DNA from: a virus
Lineage: Duplodnaviria > Caudoviricetes
Virus record (IMG/VR): IMGVR_UViG_3300027533_000013
Span: 55,702-119,701 of that record
Reading direction: 5' to 3' (one strand)
DNA: 64,000 bases
The position numbers and the translations under genes are program-made. How positions within the stretch are numbered: position 1 is the first letter of the stretch; each line of letters starts with the position of its first letter. Shown piece after piece: positions 61,191 through 64,000 of the stretch. Under the pieces are notes generated by a model. The model saw only the letters and a list, made by a program, of their open reading frames with translations, made no database searches and was not told the DNA's origin.

Positions 61191-61216
61191 AGGGCCGGGG
61201 GTAACATCCCGGTCCT
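61191..61216 (+). terminator. Hairpin closing array D (terminator or 3' handle)
   Basis: AGGGCCGGG/CCCGGTCCT stem followed by ATTT. Confidence 0.6.
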
Positions 61217-61237
61217 ATTTCCAAGGAGTGGAATAGG

Positions 61238-61756
61238 GTGAGCGCGAAAAGAATCGTGATGCTGGATTTCGACGGAGTCATCAACCGGGTGAGCAATATC
61301 GGGTATTACATCGGGACGGCATACGAGCCACCGATTGAGCGGCAGTTGGCCCTGCGTGTGGGCAACATGGTGAACAAGCTCGATGCGTCGGTGGTCGTGA
61401 GTTCGGATTGGCGGCACAGCTACACGCTGGCGGAACTGCGACAGTTTCTCGGGGACTACGCTGGCATCGCAGCCAAACGTGTCCTTGGAACGACGGAGCG
61501 GGGTGGTTGGAAAAGCGTCCGTGGGCAGGAGATTGAGAACTGGCTCAAGGAGGCTGGAGAGCCGGTGCGGCTGGCGGTGCTGGACGACAATCATCTTGGC
61601 AGGTTCAACATGGACCGGGTCAGACCATGGTTCGTGAAGACGACGCCACAGGTGGGTGTGTCCGAGGCGAATATCAAGGATGCGAGTCGGTTGCTGACGA
61701 CAGGGCCGATCTTCTCGATGCAATCAATTGCAGAGGGTGAATTGACAAACGCCTGA
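61238..61756 (+). CDS. HAD-family protein (Swiss-army-knife RNA-repair-like HAD)
   Basis: LDFDGVIN, VVSSDWR, RGQEI..WL, AVLDD. Confidence 0.85.
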   Translation: MSAKRIVMLDFDGVINRVSNIGYYIGTAYEPPIERQLALRVGNMVNKLDASVVVSSDWRHSYTLAELRQFLGDYAGIAAKRVLGTTERGGWKSVRGQEIENWLKEAGEPVRLAVLDDNHLGRFNMDRVRPWFVKTTPQVGVSEANIKDASRLLTTGPIFSMQSIAEGELTNA

Positions 61757-61771
61757 GTAGGGTGCTAGAAT
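61742..61771 (+). promoter_or_regulatory. Sigma70 promoter, preceded by the 14-bp palindrome
   Basis: TTGACA-18-TAGAAT with extended TG. Confidence 0.7.
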
Positions 61772-61803
61772 GGTCTTTGTTCGTAGCTCATGGAGGAGTG
61801 GAT

Positions 61804-62175
61804 ATGGCAGACATGACTGTGGCAAAGACCATTTTAGAGCAGCTTGGCGGGGGGCGGTTTATCGCCATGACCGGAGCCAAGGAATTCGTGGGAGGCGATC
61901 AGTCGCTGTCTTTCAGGTTGCCGGGTGGCGGTGGCCGGGTCAAGGACGGGGTCAATTACATCAGAATCGTGCTCAACGGTCGTGATCTGTATGATGTGGA
62001 GTTTTCACGGGTCAGGGGCCGGAAGATGACGCTGGTGACCAAGGAGTCGGATATCTACGATGACAAGTTGCAGACCGTGTTCACGCGGGTGACCGGCCTG
62101 AACACGTCGCTGGGCACCATGAGGGCGTTTCCGGCGTCGGCGGAGAGAGCGTTCAACAATCGTCACGAAGACTGA
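61804..62175 (+). CDS. Hypothetical phage protein
   Basis: GGAGG RBS; TILEQLGG.RFIAMTGAK. Confidence 0.7.
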   Translation: MADMTVAKTILEQLGGGRFIAMTGAKEFVGGDQSLSFRLPGGGGRVKDGVNYIRIVLNGRDLYDVEFSRVRGRKMTLVTKESDIYDDKLQTVFTRVTGLNTSLGTMRAFPASAERAFNNRHED

Positions 62176-62184
62176 GGGGCTGGC

Positions 62185-62415
62185 ATGAATCTGTATCAGG
62201 AAGCAGCGGAGTTCGGGTTGAAGAAGGCCAACGAAGAGTTGGCAGGGCAGGAGCCGGAGGTCGGCAAGCTGTTGGCCAGAGCACGGTACTGGACGGCATG
62301 GTGGGCTGGCAGACGAGCGTCCGATGCCTTGCTGGACGAAGCCATCCGTGTCGGTGTGACCCCGGAGCAGTGGGAGGCCCTGCGGAAAAAGGCGGCTGAA
62401 GTCGCCTTCGACTGA
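62185..62415 (+). CDS. Hypothetical protein
   Basis: GAGGGG RBS. Confidence 0.55.
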   Translation: MNLYQEAAEFGLKKANEELAGQEPEVGKLLARARYWTAWWAGRRASDALLDEAIRVGVTPEQWEALRKKAAEVAFD

Positions 62416-62592
62416 GGAACCTATGGCAAAGTATCGAGTGAGTGTCGTGGTTGAGGTCAACGTCAGGGATGGCTCTACGACGGCTGTGGAGGCTGCTGAG
62501 GCGACTGTGCAGCGGGTGCTGGACCGATACGCCAAGCGGCTGGACGCGGTCGCTGGAGCCGACTATGGGACCGTGAGTGAGGTCGAAGGCAG

Positions 62593-62621
62593 TTGACAAA
62601 TGATTGGACTGGTGGTAGACT
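62593..62621 (+). promoter_or_regulatory. Sigma70 promoter
   Basis: TTGACA-17-TAGACT with extended TG. Confidence 0.7.
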
Positions 62622-62744
62622 GGTTGAAGTAAGGAAATGGCATCGCGTGACGGCTACCAATGCGCGGGGCAGACTAGGAGAGTAGCGGCTGAATGGGGCC
62701 AGCTTGATATGCCCCTTCACATTTTGCTCAAGGAGTGAGCCCTG

Positions 62745-63650
62745 ATGTTCAAAGCCATGCTCGCAGGCAAGTTGGATGCCCCGTTCGTGGTTGCTAGAGG
62801 CCGGTTCCCGGTGCTCGCGTCTCCGAAGCTGGACGGTATCCGCGCCACCATCCAAGGGGGCGTCGTCATGAGCCGCAGTCTCAAACCTATCGCCAATCTC
62901 CACGTGCAAGCTCTGTTGAGTCGTCCTGAACTGGAAGGGCTCGATGGGGAGTTGATCGTGGGTGACCCCACGGCGGCAGATTGCTTCCGAGTGTCGTCCA
63001 GTGCGGTCATGTCGGTGGACGGCAAGCCTAATTTCGCCTTCCATGTGTTCGACAAATTTATGTCTGGCCCGTTCGCTATTCGGTTGGCGGAAGCGACGAA
63101 GGTGGTGGAGACGGTCAGTCTGCCCTACGTGCAGATGGTCCCCCACAATCTGGTCGAGGATCAAGACACGCTGATCAAGCTGGAAACGCTGGCGGTGGAT
63201 CTGGGCTATGAGGGTCTGATGATTCGGAGTCCGAAGGGACCATACAAGCAAGGCCGATCCACCAGCAACGAAGGCTTCCTGATGAAGATGAAGCGGTTCG
63301 TGGATGGTGAGGGCGAAGTGTTGGACCTGATCGAACAAGAGGCCAACAACAACGTCGCGTTCACGGACGAGCTAGGCCATACCAAGCGGTCCAGCCATGC
63401 GGCTGGCAAGGCGCTCAAGGGCACGCTCGGTGCCTACCTTGTCAAGAACCTAGAGACGGGCATCGTCCACAAGGTGAGTCCTACGGGGACGCTGGCGGAA
63501 CGTCAAGCCATCTGGAACGATGGTGGGAACTACATCGGGAAAATCGTCAAGTTTAAGTTCTTCGCGTCTGGGGGAAAAGACAAGCCGCGCTTTCCTCAGT
63601 TCGTCGGTTTCCGTGATGCGGCTGATATGGATGCAAAGGTGGTGGTGTGA
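62745..63650 (+). CDS. ATP-dependent DNA ligase
   Basis: KLDG, LDGE, FHVFD, YEGLM, KMK, PRFP. Confidence 0.93.
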   Translation: MFKAMLAGKLDAPFVVARGRFPVLASPKLDGIRATIQGGVVMSRSLKPIANLHVQALLSRPELEGLDGELIVGDPTAADCFRVSSSAVMSVDGKPNFAFHVFDKFMSGPFAIRLAEATKVVETVSLPYVQMVPHNLVEDQDTLIKLETLAVDLGYEGLMIRSPKGPYKQGRSTSNEGFLMKMKRFVDGEGEVLDLIEQEANNNVAFTDELGHTKRSSHAAGKALKGTLGAYLVKNLETGIVHKVSPTGTLAERQAIWNDGGNYIGKIVKFKFFASGGKDKPRFPQFVGFRDAADMDAKVVV

Positions 63651-63898
63651 TGGCGAGGTTTAGAAATACTGACAGGGAGAAAGTCAATAGAACGGGGGCT
63701 GGTCTTGGCCCACTTCCCTTTTTAGGGAAGGGGACCACCACTGTTTCGAGAGCAGTATATGAGACGGTAGTCGCGGAATATCCGCAGGCACGTTTGAAGA
63801 TATTGTCCGAGAACGGTGGACAAGTCGAAGTTGAAGCGTGGGGTTTCGTGTACAAGCGGCTATGTAAACTGGCGAGGGAAAATCGTGAAGTTCAGTAG
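63647..63898 (+). CDS. Hypothetical protein
   Basis: Overlaps the ligase stop. Confidence 0.35.
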   Translation: MMARFRNTDREKVNRTGAGLGPLPFLGKGTTTVSRAVYETVVAEYPQARLKILSENGGQVEVEAWGFVYKRLCKLARENREVQ

Positions 63899-64000
63899 GG
63901 CGCAGGTATACATGGCCACGTTCGACTTGGTGGTGAATGGTGTCATCAAGGTCGAGACGGAGCCGTGCGAGGAACAGTTGCTGGTGGCGAAGGATTTCCC

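Overview
A 64-kb segment of a tailed dsDNA phage (siphovirus-like). Almost all genes are on the + strand. Layout: tail/virion module (1-22.3 kb: tail tube, frameshifting chaperone, 1435-aa tape measure, duplicated tail-tip proteins, degenerate lysozyme); replication/recombination module (22.7-42.5 kb: AAA+ ATPase, tRNA-like RNA, initiator, DnaB helicase, primase, SSB, SF2 helicase, RecA, Tad1-like and MazG-like proteins, PD-(D/E)xK and RuvC nucleases); accessory region (42.5-48.5 kb: cold-shock protein, two PEP-CTERM proteins); terminase region (48.6-54 kb); and a promoter-dense early region ending with a DNA ligase. No capsid, portal or DNA polymerase gene was recognised here. The main finding is at 58.7-61.2 kb: a stand-alone Cas7/RAMP-like gene surrounded by four promoter-linked, non-coding arrays of 5-nt GGY-NN units (13+32+41+78 = 164 units), with no CRISPR repeats or other cas genes. 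This looks like an RNA-guided system in which the variable dinucleotides carry the information. Read as a gapped NN-x code, several stretches spell excisionase-HTH-like and AP2-like motifs, and one spells a sigma70 promoter. Also notable: a 14-bp palindrome (TGCAAT-NN-ATTGCA) dispersed about every 4 kb, a tRNA-like RNA with a ~44-nt anticodon-loop insert, and a covarying pseudoknot after both PEP-CTERM genes. All calls come from reading motifs by eye; no searches were run.
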